In this document: positions 33,245 to 44,963 of the stretch, piece by piece | Position numbering within the stretch: position 1 is the stretch's first letter | Layout of the letters: each line of letters opens with the position of its first letter | Assembly (NCBI GenBank): GCA_049586475.1 | Contig: JBAVCA010000033.1 | Span: 1-52,194, forward strand | From: Nocardioides sp. | GTDB taxonomy: Bacteria; Actinomycetota; Actinomycetes; Propionibacteriales; Nocardioidaceae | Length of the DNA stretch: 52,194 nucleotides | Direction of reading: 5' to 3' | Position numbers and translations under genes: made by a program | Notes under the pieces: generated by a model | Told to the model about the DNA's origin: nothing | Databases searched by the model: none | What the model saw: the letters and a program-made list of their open reading frames with translations, nothing else

Positions 33245-34219
33245 CTACGACAACCGCCAGGTGGTTCCGACCCAGGACGGGTCCGACTCTGCCTCGCCCT
33301 GGACGTCCCCGCCGCACTCCGTCGCGCGGGTCTGCCCCGCCAGCGAGCGGGCCACGGCCTGCTCGATCGTGAGGTACTCGTGGTCGGGCAGAAGGTCAGT
33401 GCGCACCGAGCTGTCGCGACAGACCATGTCGTGCGACAGGCTTCGGATCAGCGCTCGTACGGTCGAGCGTGGCACGCCGGTGAGGGTCGCCACGGCGTCC
33501 CCCACCAGCGCCACCGGGACGAACGGCAGCAGCACCTGGGGCCGACTGACGCCGATGCTCGCAGCGAACCGGGCCAACAGCTCTGCGTAGGAGACCACCT
33601 CGTCGCCGCCCACGTCGTAGGCACGGTTGCGCGGGTCCCCCTGAAGCGCCGCACCGATGAGAGCCAACACGTCCACCACTGCGATCGGCTGGATCCGGCT
33701 GTCCATCCAGGACGGAAGCGTGACGACGGGAAGTCGGTCACTGACGCGGCGCAAGATCTCGAAGGAGAGGGATCCTCCGCCGATGACCATGGAGGCACGC
33801 AACACGGTGGTGGGCGTTGTCGCCGACAGCAGGATCTCCTCCACCTCGAGCCGGGATCGCAGGTGGTCGGAGAGGTCGCCGTCGGGGACCAGGCCGGACA
33901 GATAGACGATCCGGCCCACGCCGGCGTACTCGCACGCTGCCGCGACGTACTGTGCGGCCTCCCGGTCACGCGTCAGGAACTCGCCCGAGCCCATCGAGTG
34001 CACCAGGTAGATCACCGCGTCCACGTCACGGATGGCGAGGTGCACCGAGACCGTGTCCTCGACATCCAGGTGCCGCTGCTCTACCAGGTCCCCCCAGGCG
34101 AAGCCCGAGAGAGCCGACACGTCGCGTGCCGTCGCCACCACGGTGTGGCCCTGGGCAAGGAGGGTGGGAACCAGTCGGGACCCGATGTAGCCGGTAGCAC
34201 CGGTGACGAGCACGCGCAT
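33245..34219 (-). CDS. Atypical SDR / NAD(P)H-binding protein
   Basis: VLVTGATGYIG, YLVHSM, HLRSRLEVE, QPIAV. Confidence 0.88.
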   Translation of the reverse strand: MRVLVTGATGYIGSRLVPTLLAQGHTVVATARDVSALSGFAWGDLVEQRHLDVEDTVSVHLAIRDVDAVIYLVHSMGSGEFLTRDREAAQYVAAACEYAGVGRIVYLSGLVPDGDLSDHLRSRLEVEEILLSATTPTTVLRASMVIGGGSLSFEILRRVSDRLPVVTLPSWMDSRIQPIAVVDVLALIGAALQGDPRNRAYDVGGDEVVSYAELLARFAASIGVSRPQVLLPFVPVALVGDAVATLTGVPRSTVRALIRSLSHDMVCRDSSVRTDLLPDHEYLTIEQAVARSLAGQTRATECGGDVQGEAESDPSWVGTTWRLS

Positions 34220-34294
34220 GCCTCGACGCTACGTGATGGCGCCGCACGGCACCCTGGACCTCCCTGGACCTGGACCAGAGGCATACTCGCGACC

Positions 34295-34894
34295 ATGGTT
34301 GCTCCCACGCCGTTCCGACTCGGTTTCGTGACCGGGGCTACGCCTGACAAGTGGGCCCGGATCTGGCGGGAACGCCGGCGTGATCCGCTCGAGCTGGTGC
34401 CGACCCTCCAGGAAGGGCAGGAGGTGTTGCTGCGCGCCGATCACGACGAGCGGGTGGACATGGCACTGGTGCGGTTGCCGATCGACCGGACCGGCCTGCA
34501 CTGCATCCCGCTGTACGACGAGGGTCCCGTCGTCCTCGCCGGTCGCGACCACTTCGTGGCCGCGGCCGACGGCTCAGTGGTCCTCGCAGACCTCGCCACC
34601 GAGCAGCTGGTGCTCCCCCACGCGTCGGGCTGGACCCCTGATGCCGAGCAGCTGAACTGGCCGGAGATGAGCGCCTCCGAGGCCGTGGAGACAGTGGCAG
34701 CAGGCACCGGGATCGTGCTCCTGCCTCGGTCCGTGGCCCGTCTGCACGCCCGCAAGGACGTCGTGGAGCGCGAGGTGCTCGACCTGCCGTCCACCAAGAT
34801 CGCGCTCGCCTGGCTCATCGATCGGGACGACGAGCGCACCCAGGCCTTCGTCGGCATGGTCCGCGGGCGCAGTGCCAACTCGAGCCGTTCCTGA
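34295..34894 (+). CDS. LysR substrate-binding-domain-only protein (no HTH)
   Basis: FRLGFVTGATPDKW, DMALVRLP, VAAGTGIVLLP. CATACT -10 lies 7 nt before ATG. Confidence 0.82.
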   Translation: MVAPTPFRLGFVTGATPDKWARIWRERRRDPLELVPTLQEGQEVLLRADHDERVDMALVRLPIDRTGLHCIPLYDEGPVVLAGRDHFVAAADGSVVLADLATEQLVLPHASGWTPDAEQLNWPEMSASEAVETVAAGTGIVLLPRSVARLHARKDVVEREVLDLPSTKIALAWLIDRDDERTQAFVGMVRGRSANSSRS

Positions 34895-34947
34895 GCTGCG
34901 CCCGCATCAGACCTGAGTCGCGCCTCGTCCGGCCGGAGTCGCGCGTA

Positions 34948-34963
34948 GGTCACCTTCGGGTGG

Positions 34964-34965
<2 letters not shown>
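34948..34965. terminator. Small cUUCGg hairpin between convergent genes
   Basis: GGTCACC-TTCG-GGTGGTC. Confidence 0.35.
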
Positions 34966-37572
<2,607 letters not shown>

Positions 37573-37724
37573 TCGCTGCGCACCGTCCGCACATCTGGTC
37601 ACCCGTTCGGTCACCCAGCCCGTCTCCCTGATAGCCGTCTGCAGTCACCCGGCAGGGTCGCGTGCCCAGGCGAGCGTCATGATTGGCTCGTCCGCTCGAC
37701 TACCCAGACGAACAGGAGCACAAC

Positions 37725-38477
37725 GTGGCTCGCATCAATCCACTCACCTCGATCAAGGACCTGACCTCAGGTGCCCTCAAGGTGCAGAAGACCGTCGCTG
37801 ACAAGGCCGTCGACTCGCTCGGGAAGGTCACCGGAGTCGTCACCTCGCTCGTCCCGGGCGGCAGGTCTGATGCCCCCGCGAGCGCGAGCGGAGGCGGGGC
37901 AGAAGTGACCGAGGCCCCCACCAAGGTGCAGGGTGACCCGCTGCACCCACCGGCCGCCGCGCCGAAGACCAAGAAGGCTCCGGCCGCGAAGTCCACTCCG
38001 GCTGCCGACAAGCCGGCAGCCAAGAAGCCGACGGCGAAGGCCCCCAAGGCCCCGTCCACCAAGGCACCTGCCGAAGAGCAGGCAGCCCCGAAGACAGCGC
38101 CGAGGGCAGCCCCGAAGAAGGACGCGAAGGTTTCCCCTGCGAAGAAGGCTCCCGCGGCCAAGAAGTCTGCTGCCAAGGAGTCGCCGTCCGGCAAGCTCCC
38201 GGCCAGGAAGGCGCCCGCCGCGAAGGCGGCCGAACCAAAGACGTCCGACTCCCCGCCGCAGCCGGTCAACGTGGTCGAGGAGCTCGGTCTCGATCCTGCT
38301 CCGGTGTCCACGGCGGGACCCAAGACCAGCCTCAAGACTGGCCCCAAGACTGGCCCCGGAGCCGGTCAGGAGTCCGAAACCTCCGAGGTCACAGCGACGC
38401 CGGCAGATGTTGCCGCCGCCGTCGAGGGCGCCTCGTCCGCAGCCCCCGACGGTGATCGGCCTCCGAGCCCCTCGTGA
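37725..38477 (+). CDS. Lys/Ala/Pro-rich histone H1-like protein
   Basis: AGGAG SD plus GTG; repeated [23 protein letters not shown]; codon usage looks coding. Confidence 0.75.
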   Translation: MARINPLTSIKDLTSGALKVQKTVADKAVDSLGKVTGVVTSLVPGGRSDAPASASGGGAEVTEAPTKVQGDPLHPPAAAPKTKKAPAAKSTPAADKPAAKKPTAKAPKAPSTKAPAEEQAAPKTAPRAAPKKDAKVSPAKKAPAAKKSAAKESPSGKLPARKAPAAKAAEPKTSDSPPQPVNVVEELGLDPAPVSTAGPKTSLKTGPKTGPGAGQESETSEVTATPADVAAAVEGASSAAPDGDRPPSPS

Positions 38478-38480
38478 GGC

Positions 38481-38517
38481 TGAGGCCGCGTACTCAGCCA
38501 CCATCGAGTACGCGGCC
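38481..38517. promoter_or_regulatory. MacR-like operator and/or 12-bp inverted repeat upstream of yiaAB
   Basis: TGAGGCC-GC-GTACTCA (38481-38496); GGCCGCGTACTC-N10-GAGTACGCGGCC (38484-38517). Confidence 0.5.
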
Positions 38518-38555
38518 GGTCTCGGCATCGCGGTCGCGAGGCAAGACTTCGGAGC

Positions 38556-38843
38556 ATGACCAATCAACCGCAGCCCAAGAACACCTCCGCCTTCTACGCC
38601 ATGTCCGCCATCTCGTTCGGCGTCGCGCTCCTGGCCCTGCTCTTCGCCGTGCTCTACCTGCCGGTCGACCCGTGGGTTCGGGCCTTCTTGGCGTTGGCGA
38701 CGCTCTATCTCACGACGTCGTCCTTCACGGTGGCCAAGGTGATCCGCGACAACCAGGAGAACCAGTACGTCGCCTCGCGGCTCGACCAGGCGCGCGTCGA
38801 CAAGATCCTCGCCGAGCACGACCCGTTCCGCTCGGTGTCCTGA
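38556..38843 (+). CDS. YiaA/YiaB-family two-helix membrane protein
   Basis: [45 protein letters not shown]. Confidence 0.88.
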   Translation: MTNQPQPKNTSAFYAMSAISFGVALLALLFAVLYLPVDPWVRAFLALATLYLTTSSFTVAKVIRDNQENQYVASRLDQARVDKILAEHDPFRSVS

Positions 38844-38880
38844 CCGAGAAGGCGACCCACCGTGGCAGGTCGCCGGTGGA

Positions 38881-40095
38881 TCACTTCAGCTCGGAGCTCG
38901 AGAGGCCGAGGATCCGTCGGGCCACGATGAGCTGCTGGATCTGCTGGGTCCCCTCGAAGATGTCGAGGATCTTGGAGTCGCGCGACCACTTCTCCAAGAG
39001 CTCGGTCTCGCTGTAGCCGATGGAGCCCGCGAGCTCGACGCAGCTGAGCGTGATGTCCGAGCCGACCCGACCGGCCTTGGCCTTGGCCATCGAGGCCTCC
39101 AGCGAGTTCGGCTCTCGGTTGTCGGCCATCCAGGCCGCCTGGAGGGTGAGCAGGTAGGCGCCTTCCCAGTCGGCCTCCATCTGCAGGAGCTTGGCGGCGG
39201 CGGCCGACTGCACGACGCCCGGCCGGTCGTAGTCCACCTCGACGCCGGCCTGAGACAGCAGGTCGCGGGTCAGGTCGAGCGCGGCACGGGCGCAGCCGAC
39301 GGCCATGGCCGCCACGAGCGGGCGGGTGTTGTCGAAGGTCGCCATCGCGCCGGCGAAGCCTTGCTTGGGATCGACCTCGGCCGAACCGAGCAGGTTGTCC
39401 TTCGGCACGCGACAGTTCTCGAAGATGATCGTCGCCGTGTCGGAGGCGCGAATGCCGAGCTTGTGCTCCAGCCGGTCCACGCGCATGCCGGGAGTGCCCT
39501 TGGCTACCACGAACGACTTGATCGCCGCTCGTCCGAGGTCCCGGTCCAGGGTGGCCCACACGACGATGTGGTCAGCGCGGTCACCGGAGGTGACGTAGAT
39601 CTTCTCGCCGTTGATGACGTACTCGTCGCCGTCGAGGACCGCGGTGGTGGTGATGTTGGCGGAGTCCGAGCCCGTGCCGGGCTCGGTGATCGCCATCCCG
39701 GCCCACACGCCGTCCAGACGCGCGAGCTGCTCGTCGTTGGCCACCGACGCGATGGCAGAGTTGCCGAGCCCCTGGCGCGGCATGGAGAGCAGCAGGCCGA
39801 CGTCGCCCCAACACATCTCGGCGATGGAGAGCACCGAAGCCAGGTTGGCGCCGTTCTTGATCGCGGTGTCGTCGTCCTTCTCCTCGCGTCGGACCCCGGC
39901 TGCACCTGCACCTTCGCCCGCCCCGGAGTCGGAGAGACCATCGATCATCGCAGCCAGCATGTCGAGCTCTTGTGGGTACTCGTGCTCGGCGCGGTCGTAC
40001 TTGCGTGAGATCGGACGCAGCATGTTCATCGCGACCTGATGGGCTTGGCCCACCAGCGGACGGAACTTCTTCGGGTCATCCAGGCTGATGGTCAT
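38881..40095 (-). CDS. Acyl-CoA dehydrogenase (FadE23-like)
   Basis: [36 protein letters not shown] with catalytic Glu. Confidence 0.93.
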   Translation of the reverse strand: MTISLDDPKKFRPLVGQAHQVAMNMLRPISRKYDRAEHEYPQELDMLAAMIDGLSDSGAGEGAGAAGVRREEKDDDTAIKNGANLASVLSIAEMCWGDVGLLLSMPRQGLGNSAIASVANDEQLARLDGVWAGMAITEPGTGSDSANITTTAVLDGDEYVINGEKIYVTSGDRADHIVVWATLDRDLGRAAIKSFVVAKGTPGMRVDRLEHKLGIRASDTATIIFENCRVPKDNLLGSAEVDPKQGFAGAMATFDNTRPLVAAMAVGCARAALDLTRDLLSQAGVEVDYDRPGVVQSAAAAKLLQMEADWEGAYLLTLQAAWMADNREPNSLEASMAKAKAGRVGSDITLSCVELAGSIGYSETELLEKWSRDSKILDIFEGTQQIQQLIVARRILGLSSSELK

Positions 40096-41456
40096 ACCAG
40101 CACGCTTCCTTCCATGATGCCGACCGCGCGGAGGTCGCGGTACCAGCGTTCGACCGGGTGTTCCTTGACGAAGCCATGCCCCCCGAGCAGCTGGACGCCG
40201 TCCAGGCCGATCTGCATGCCCTTGTCGGCGCAGAGCGTGCGTGCCAGCGCTACCTCACGAGAGAAGTCCTTGCCGGCAGCGGCACGCGAAGCTGCCTTGT
40301 AGGTCACCAGGCGCATGGCCTGGAGCTCGATGGCGATGTTGGCGACCATGAACGCCACCGACTGCCGGTGCGCGATGGGCTCACCGAAGGCCTCACGGCC
40401 CTTGACGTAGGGCGTCACGTAGTCGAGCACCGCCTGAGCAGTGCCGACCGCCAGGGCGCACCAGGCCAAGCGGGACAGGCGGACGCACTCGCGGTACGTC
40501 GTCCCGTCGCTCTCGCCCAGGAGGGCGTCGGGACTGATCTTCACGTCGGTGAGCGTGAGCTGGGTCAGCGCAGCAGCGCGGACCCCCATCGCCGGGTCAC
40601 CCTCGACGGCGAGGCCGTCGGTCGCTGACTCGACGAGGAAGAGCGCCGGTGCACCGTCGAGCAGCGCCCCGACGATGAACAGCTCGGCCTCGGCGCCCCG
40701 GACCACCAGGGACTTCACCCCGTTGAGCGTGAAGCCGTCGCTGGTCCTGACCGCGGTCGTGCCCGGCTCGAGGACGTCGAAGAGCACTCGTGGCTCCATC
40801 AGCGCGAGTGCGGCGGCCGGCGCCCGGTCGCCGGTGAAGGCGGGCAGGTACGTCTGCTGCTGGGCGTCGGTCCCCCAGAGGCCGAGGGCGGTGGCCACCG
40901 CACCAGGGGCGAGGCTGGCGACCGCCAGGCCCATGTCCCCCTTGGCGAGCGCCTCGGCGACGAGCGTGCCGGCCATCGCGGAACGCTCCTCGGAGATGCC
41001 ACCGAGCGCCTCGGGGACGCCGAGGATCGGCAAGCCGATGTCGAGCCCCGCTTGGAGCACCGTCACGGGGGCGGTGCAGGTCTCGTTGGCCTCCGCAGCC
41101 GCGGGTCGGACAACCTCGTCGGCGAGCTCGGTCACCACGTCGACGAGCATCTGCTCGTCCTCGGTCGGCGTCAGGTCGAACAGCCCGGTCCGCGTCGTGG
41201 CCGCCACTCGGACACCGGGGCGGCCGACCTTTCCGGCCCTGGCGAAGGTGCGGCTCGCAGTGGTGACGGTCTTGAAGCCGTTGCTGGTGATGGCGAACAC
41301 GGCGCTCTCGGTCTGCTTGCGCAGGCGGACCCGATCGATGAGATCACTCTGGGCGAGGCGGTTGAGCCCAGCCACGAGATACCCGATGGGATCACGTGAC
41401 TCAGTGGAGGCGATGCCGTGTCGACCACCTGGCCGGAGGCTGTTGAGAAGGGACAT
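40092..41456 (-). CDS. Acyl-CoA dehydrogenase (FadE24-like partner subunit)
   Basis: FDLTPTEDEQ, REAFGEPI, QLLGGHG, ERWYRD; ATGA overlap with the downstream ACAD. Confidence 0.92.
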   Translation of the reverse strand: MSLLNSLRPGGRHGIASTESRDPIGYLVAGLNRLAQSDLIDRVRLRKQTESAVFAITSNGFKTVTTASRTFARAGKVGRPGVRVAATTRTGLFDLTPTEDEQMLVDVVTELADEVVRPAAAEANETCTAPVTVLQAGLDIGLPILGVPEALGGISEERSAMAGTLVAEALAKGDMGLAVASLAPGAVATALGLWGTDAQQQTYLPAFTGDRAPAAALALMEPRVLFDVLEPGTTAVRTSDGFTLNGVKSLVVRGAEAELFIVGALLDGAPALFLVESATDGLAVEGDPAMGVRAAALTQLTLTDVKISPDALLGESDGTTYRECVRLSRLAWCALAVGTAQAVLDYVTPYVKGREAFGEPIAHRQSVAFMVANIAIELQAMRLVTYKAASRAAAGKDFSREVALARTLCADKGMQIGLDGVQLLGGHGFVKEHPVERWYRDLRAVGIMEGSVLV

Positions 41457-41464
41457 ACAGATAA

Positions 41465-41481
41465 TGTAACTGCGAGTTACA
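41465..41481. promoter_or_regulatory. Palindromic operator overlapping the -10 of the ACAD operon
   Basis: TGTAACT-GCG-AGTTACA; minus-strand TACATT -10 at 41463-41468, 6 nt from ATG. Confidence 0.65.
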
Positions 41482-41660
41482 CATAGCGCTACAGCCGGTG
41501 TCGTGGGTGACGTCACATGAGCCTCCGCGGCGCATTCACGCCGGCTTCCCATGCCCTTCGCAGGGGGCTTTCCGGGTTCCCGGGGGCATCCTCAGGGGGC
41601 CTGGGGGCCGCCCGGAGGGCCCGCGGACGAGGTAGCGGGCTGGCTTCTAGAATGTCAGCC

Positions 41661-42260
41661 ATGTCCGAGCAGCCCGCCGAGGCCCCACTCACCCCCCACG
41701 GTCCCCTGCCCACCGGTGGGACCGTTCGGCCGATGACGCGGTGGGGAACCCCGGTCATGCACCGTCCTCAGGCTGCGGTCACCAGCTATGACGATGCGCT
41801 GCGTTCCCTCGCCGCCGACATGGTCGCCACGATGTACGCCGCCGACGGTGTGGGGCTGGCGGCATGCCAGGTCGGGGAGGACGTCGCGATGTTCGTCTTC
41901 GACTGCCCGGACGCGTCCGGGATCAGCACGGTGGGCGTGGTGTGCAATCCCGTCCTCTCCCTCCCCGAGGGCAAGGACCGCACGCTCGAGGTGGCCGAGG
42001 AGGGGTGCTTGTCGTTCCCCGGGGCCTTCGTCGAGTGCGCCCGCCCGGAAGCGGCTGCGGTGTCCGGCACCGGCCTCGACGGGGAGCCGGTGACCTTCTT
42101 CGGTGACGGGATGCTGGCTCGCTGCTTGCAGCACGAGACGGACCACACCGTCGGCACCGTCTTCGGCGACCGTCTGCCCACCAAGGCGCGCAAGAAGCTC
42201 ACCAAGGCTCACGACAAGGCGGTCGAGGACTTCCCGCTCGGCTGGCCGGTCGACTCCTGA
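41661..42260 (+). CDS. def: Peptide deformylase
   Basis: GVGLAA, EGCLS, QHETDH. TAGAAT -10 lies 7 nt before ATG. Confidence 0.93.
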   Translation: MSEQPAEAPLTPHGPLPTGGTVRPMTRWGTPVMHRPQAAVTSYDDALRSLAADMVATMYAADGVGLAACQVGEDVAMFVFDCPDASGISTVGVVCNPVLSLPEGKDRTLEVAEEGCLSFPGAFVECARPEAAAVSGTGLDGEPVTFFGDGMLARCLQHETDHTVGTVFGDRLPTKARKKLTKAHDKAVEDFPLGWPVDS

Positions 42261-42275
42261 AGCCGTCGGCGCCGG

Positions 42276-43079
42276 TCAGCGACGGGCAGTGATGTAGCAG
42301 GCGACGGCGCAGGCAGCCCCGACGTTGAGGGAGTCGATCCCTTCGCGCATCGGGATGACCGCACGGCGGTGCGCGGCGGCCTGCCACTGGGCTGACAACC
42401 CGTGACCTTCTGAGCCGAGCACCAGGGCCACCTTGTCCAGGCCCGCGACTGCCTCCTCGATCGCGACGGCGTCGTGGGCCAAGGTCAGGGCCACCGTGGT
42501 GTAGCCCGCCGCTGCGAGCTCCTCGAGCGCGGTCGCCCAGTCCGGCAGCCTGGTCCACGGCAGCGCGAAGACCGCGCCCATCGCCACTTTGATCGAGCGA
42601 CGATAGAGCGGATCGGCACAGCGAGGAGCCAGCAGCACGGCGTCGAACCCGAGGGCTGCTGCGGAGCGGAAGACCGCACCGACGTTGGTGTGGTCGACGA
42701 GGTCCTCGAGGACCAGCACCGAGCTTGCACCGCTGAGCACCGCGGCCACGGTCGGGAGCGGACGGCGCTCCAGGGAGGCCAGCGCTCCCCGGTGCACGTG
42801 GAAACCGGTCACTTCCTCCGCCAGCGACTCGGCGAGCACGAAGCACGGTGCGTCGGTCGTGGCCAGCACGTCGGACAGCCCGTCCAGCCAGCGGGGAGCC
42901 ATCAGGAAGGACCGCGGTGTGTGACCGGCCTCGACTGCACGTCGTACGACCTTCTCGCCCTCAGCGAGGAAGAGCCCGTGCTCGGCCTCGAAGCTCTTGC
43001 GCAGCTGTACGTCACGCAGGTCCCGGTAGTCGATCAGGCGAGGATCGTCGGGATCCTCGATCTCGACGACCTCAGCCAT
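42276..43079 (-). CDS. TrmH/SpoU-family RNA methyltransferase
   Basis: DHTNVGAVFRSA, VLGSEGHGL, IPMREGIDSLNV SPOUT motifs. Confidence 0.92.
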   Translation of the reverse strand: MAEVVEIEDPDDPRLIDYRDLRDVQLRKSFEAEHGLFLAEGEKVVRRAVEAGHTPRSFLMAPRWLDGLSDVLATTDAPCFVLAESLAEEVTGFHVHRGALASLERRPLPTVAAVLSGASSVLVLEDLVDHTNVGAVFRSAAALGFDAVLLAPRCADPLYRRSIKVAMGAVFALPWTRLPDWATALEELAAAGYTTVALTLAHDAVAIEEAVAGLDKVALVLGSEGHGLSAQWQAAAHRRAVIPMREGIDSLNVGAACAVACYITARR

Positions 43080-44319
43080 CTGCCGACCTCGCGTAGCGCT
43101 CGGGGTGGGCAACCGCGACGACCTCGCCGACGACGATGATGGCGGGCGGACGCACATCGTGGACGTCCAGGTCGTGAGCCAGCTCGCCCAGGGTGGAGAG
43201 CACCGTGCGCTCGGCGGGCATGGTGCCCTCGCAGACGACAGCCACCGGGGTGGTGTCGGCCCGGCCCCCGCTGATCAGGGCAGCCGCGATGCGCGGCCCG
43301 TTCTCGACGGCCATCATCAGCAGCAGCGTGCCACGCAGTCGTGACACCGCAGACCAGTCGGTCAACGAACCGGCGTGTCCTGGCGGGAGGTGCCCGGAGA
43401 TCACGGTGAAGTCGTGCGCCACGCCGCGGTGCGTGACCGGGATCCCTGCAGCGCAGGGCACTGCGATCGAGCTGGTGATCCCGGGGATCACCTCCACCTC
43501 GACCCCGGCAGCTTGGCAGGCCAGCACCTCCTCGTAGCCGCGACCGAAGACGAAGCTGTCGCCACCTTTGAACCTCACCACGCGGTAGCCCGCCCGGGCT
43601 CGCTCCACGATGATCCGGTTGATCTCCTCCTGCTGGGTCGACCGCCCACGTGGCAGCTTGGCGACGTCGATCAGCTCGACGTCGGCCGGCAGCTCCCCCA
43701 GCAGCTCCCGGGGCGCGAGCCGATCCGCCACGACGACGTCAGCGGTCATCAGGGCCTGGCGTCCGGCGAGCGAGATCAGTGTTGGGTCCCCCGGTCCGCC
43801 GCCGACCAGGGTCACCCCTGGCGTGCTGCCGCGATTCCGGGTCGAGGCGATCAAGCCGCTGCGCAACCCCTCGAGCACCTGGTCGCGCACGAGCACGGAA
43901 CGACGCGGGTCACGATCCCCGAGCACGGCCACGGTGACGCCACTCTCGTGACCTACCGCCGGGGTCCACGCGCTCGCGCGCGTCGCGTCGTCGGCTCGTA
44001 CGCAGAAGACCCGGCGCAGCTCCGCGGCCTCGGACACCGCCTCGTTGACGTCCGCGTCATCGGTGGCCGCGACGGCATACCAGGTGTCATCTAGGTCCTC
44101 AGCGGTGAAGACACGGCGTTCCCACCTGACCTCGCCGGCCGTCACGAGCCCCTCGATGGCGGGAGTGACGTGGGGCGCGACCACGACGACCACCGCACCC
44201 GCCGCGATGAGCTGGGGAACCCGGCGTTGCGCCACGTGCCCGCCGCCGACCACGACCACGCGGCGTCCGCTCAACCGCAGACCTGAGGGGTACACGCGTG
44301 GGTCGTCCATCCACCGCAT
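43072..44319 (-). CDS. cysG: Siroheme synthase / uroporphyrinogen-III C-methyltransferase (start may be 44310)
   Basis: N-terminal VVGGGHVA dehydrogenase domain; VGGGPGDP, RFKGGDSFVFGRG, PGITS, THRG methyltransferase motifs. Confidence 0.9.
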   Translation of the reverse strand: MRWMDDPRVYPSGLRLSGRRVVVVGGGHVAQRRVPQLIAAGAVVVVVAPHVTPAIEGLVTAGEVRWERRVFTAEDLDDTWYAVAATDDADVNEAVSEAAELRRVFCVRADDATRASAWTPAVGHESGVTVAVLGDRDPRRSVLVRDQVLEGLRSGLIASTRNRGSTPGVTLVGGGPGDPTLISLAGRQALMTADVVVADRLAPRELLGELPADVELIDVAKLPRGRSTQQEEINRIIVERARAGYRVVRFKGGDSFVFGRGYEEVLACQAAGVEVEVIPGITSSIAVPCAAGIPVTHRGVAHDFTVISGHLPPGHAGSLTDWSAVSRLRGTLLLMMAVENGPRIAAALISGGRADTTPVAVVCEGTMPAERTVLSTLGELAHDLDVHDVRPPAIIVVGEVVAVAHPERYARSADG

Positions 44320-44373
44320 TCTTCCGTCATCAGGGTGAAGGCAGCCAGCCGGGCTGCTCGATAGGCTCGGGAC

Positions 44374-44898
44374 ATGGTCCTCGAACGCCCCGTCAGCCCG
44401 AACCCCTACGACTTGCTTCCTCAGGCCGCCTCGTTCGGAGTCACCAGCGACGACGTCGCCGACGGTGACACGCTGGCAGACGACCAGGTTGCCTCGGCCG
44501 GCAACACCTCACCCCAGCTCAGCTGGGACGCGGTGGAGGGAGCCCGGAGCTACACGGTGACCTGCTTCGACCCGGACGCGCCGACTCCCAGCGGCTTCTG
44601 GCACTGGGTGCTGGTGGACCTCCCTGCTGACGTCACCTCACTCCCCGCCGGCGCCGGCGCTGAGGGCGCCGACCTGCCCGGCGCCGCCTTCATGTGTCGC
44701 AACGACGCGGGCGGCAAGGCCTTCATGGGGGCAGCTCCGCCCGAGGGCGATCAGGTCCACCGCTACTACTTCGTGGTGCACGCCGTCACGGAGCCGGCCC
44801 TCGGCGTCGACTCGGACGCCTCCCCGGCCGTGGTGTCCTTCAACCTGGCTTTCAAGACCGCTGGGCGAGCAATCCTGCACGGCACGTATCGGCACTGA
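44374..44898 (+). CDS. YbhB/YbcL (PEBP, Raf kinase inhibitor-like) protein
   Basis: SPQLSW, FDPDAP, FWHW, GAAPP, HRYYF. Confidence 0.93.
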   Translation: MVLERPVSPNPYDLLPQAASFGVTSDDVADGDTLADDQVASAGNTSPQLSWDAVEGARSYTVTCFDPDAPTPSGFWHWVLVDLPADVTSLPAGAGAEGADLPGAAFMCRNDAGGKAFMGAAPPEGDQVHRYYFVVHAVTEPALGVDSDASPAVVSFNLAFKTAGRAILHGTYRH

Positions 44899-44963
44899 CC
44901 GGGACGTACCGGAGGGCCTGGGCTCGGTGGGGGTTGTGCTCGGTCTGCCGCGGGCGCGGCACC

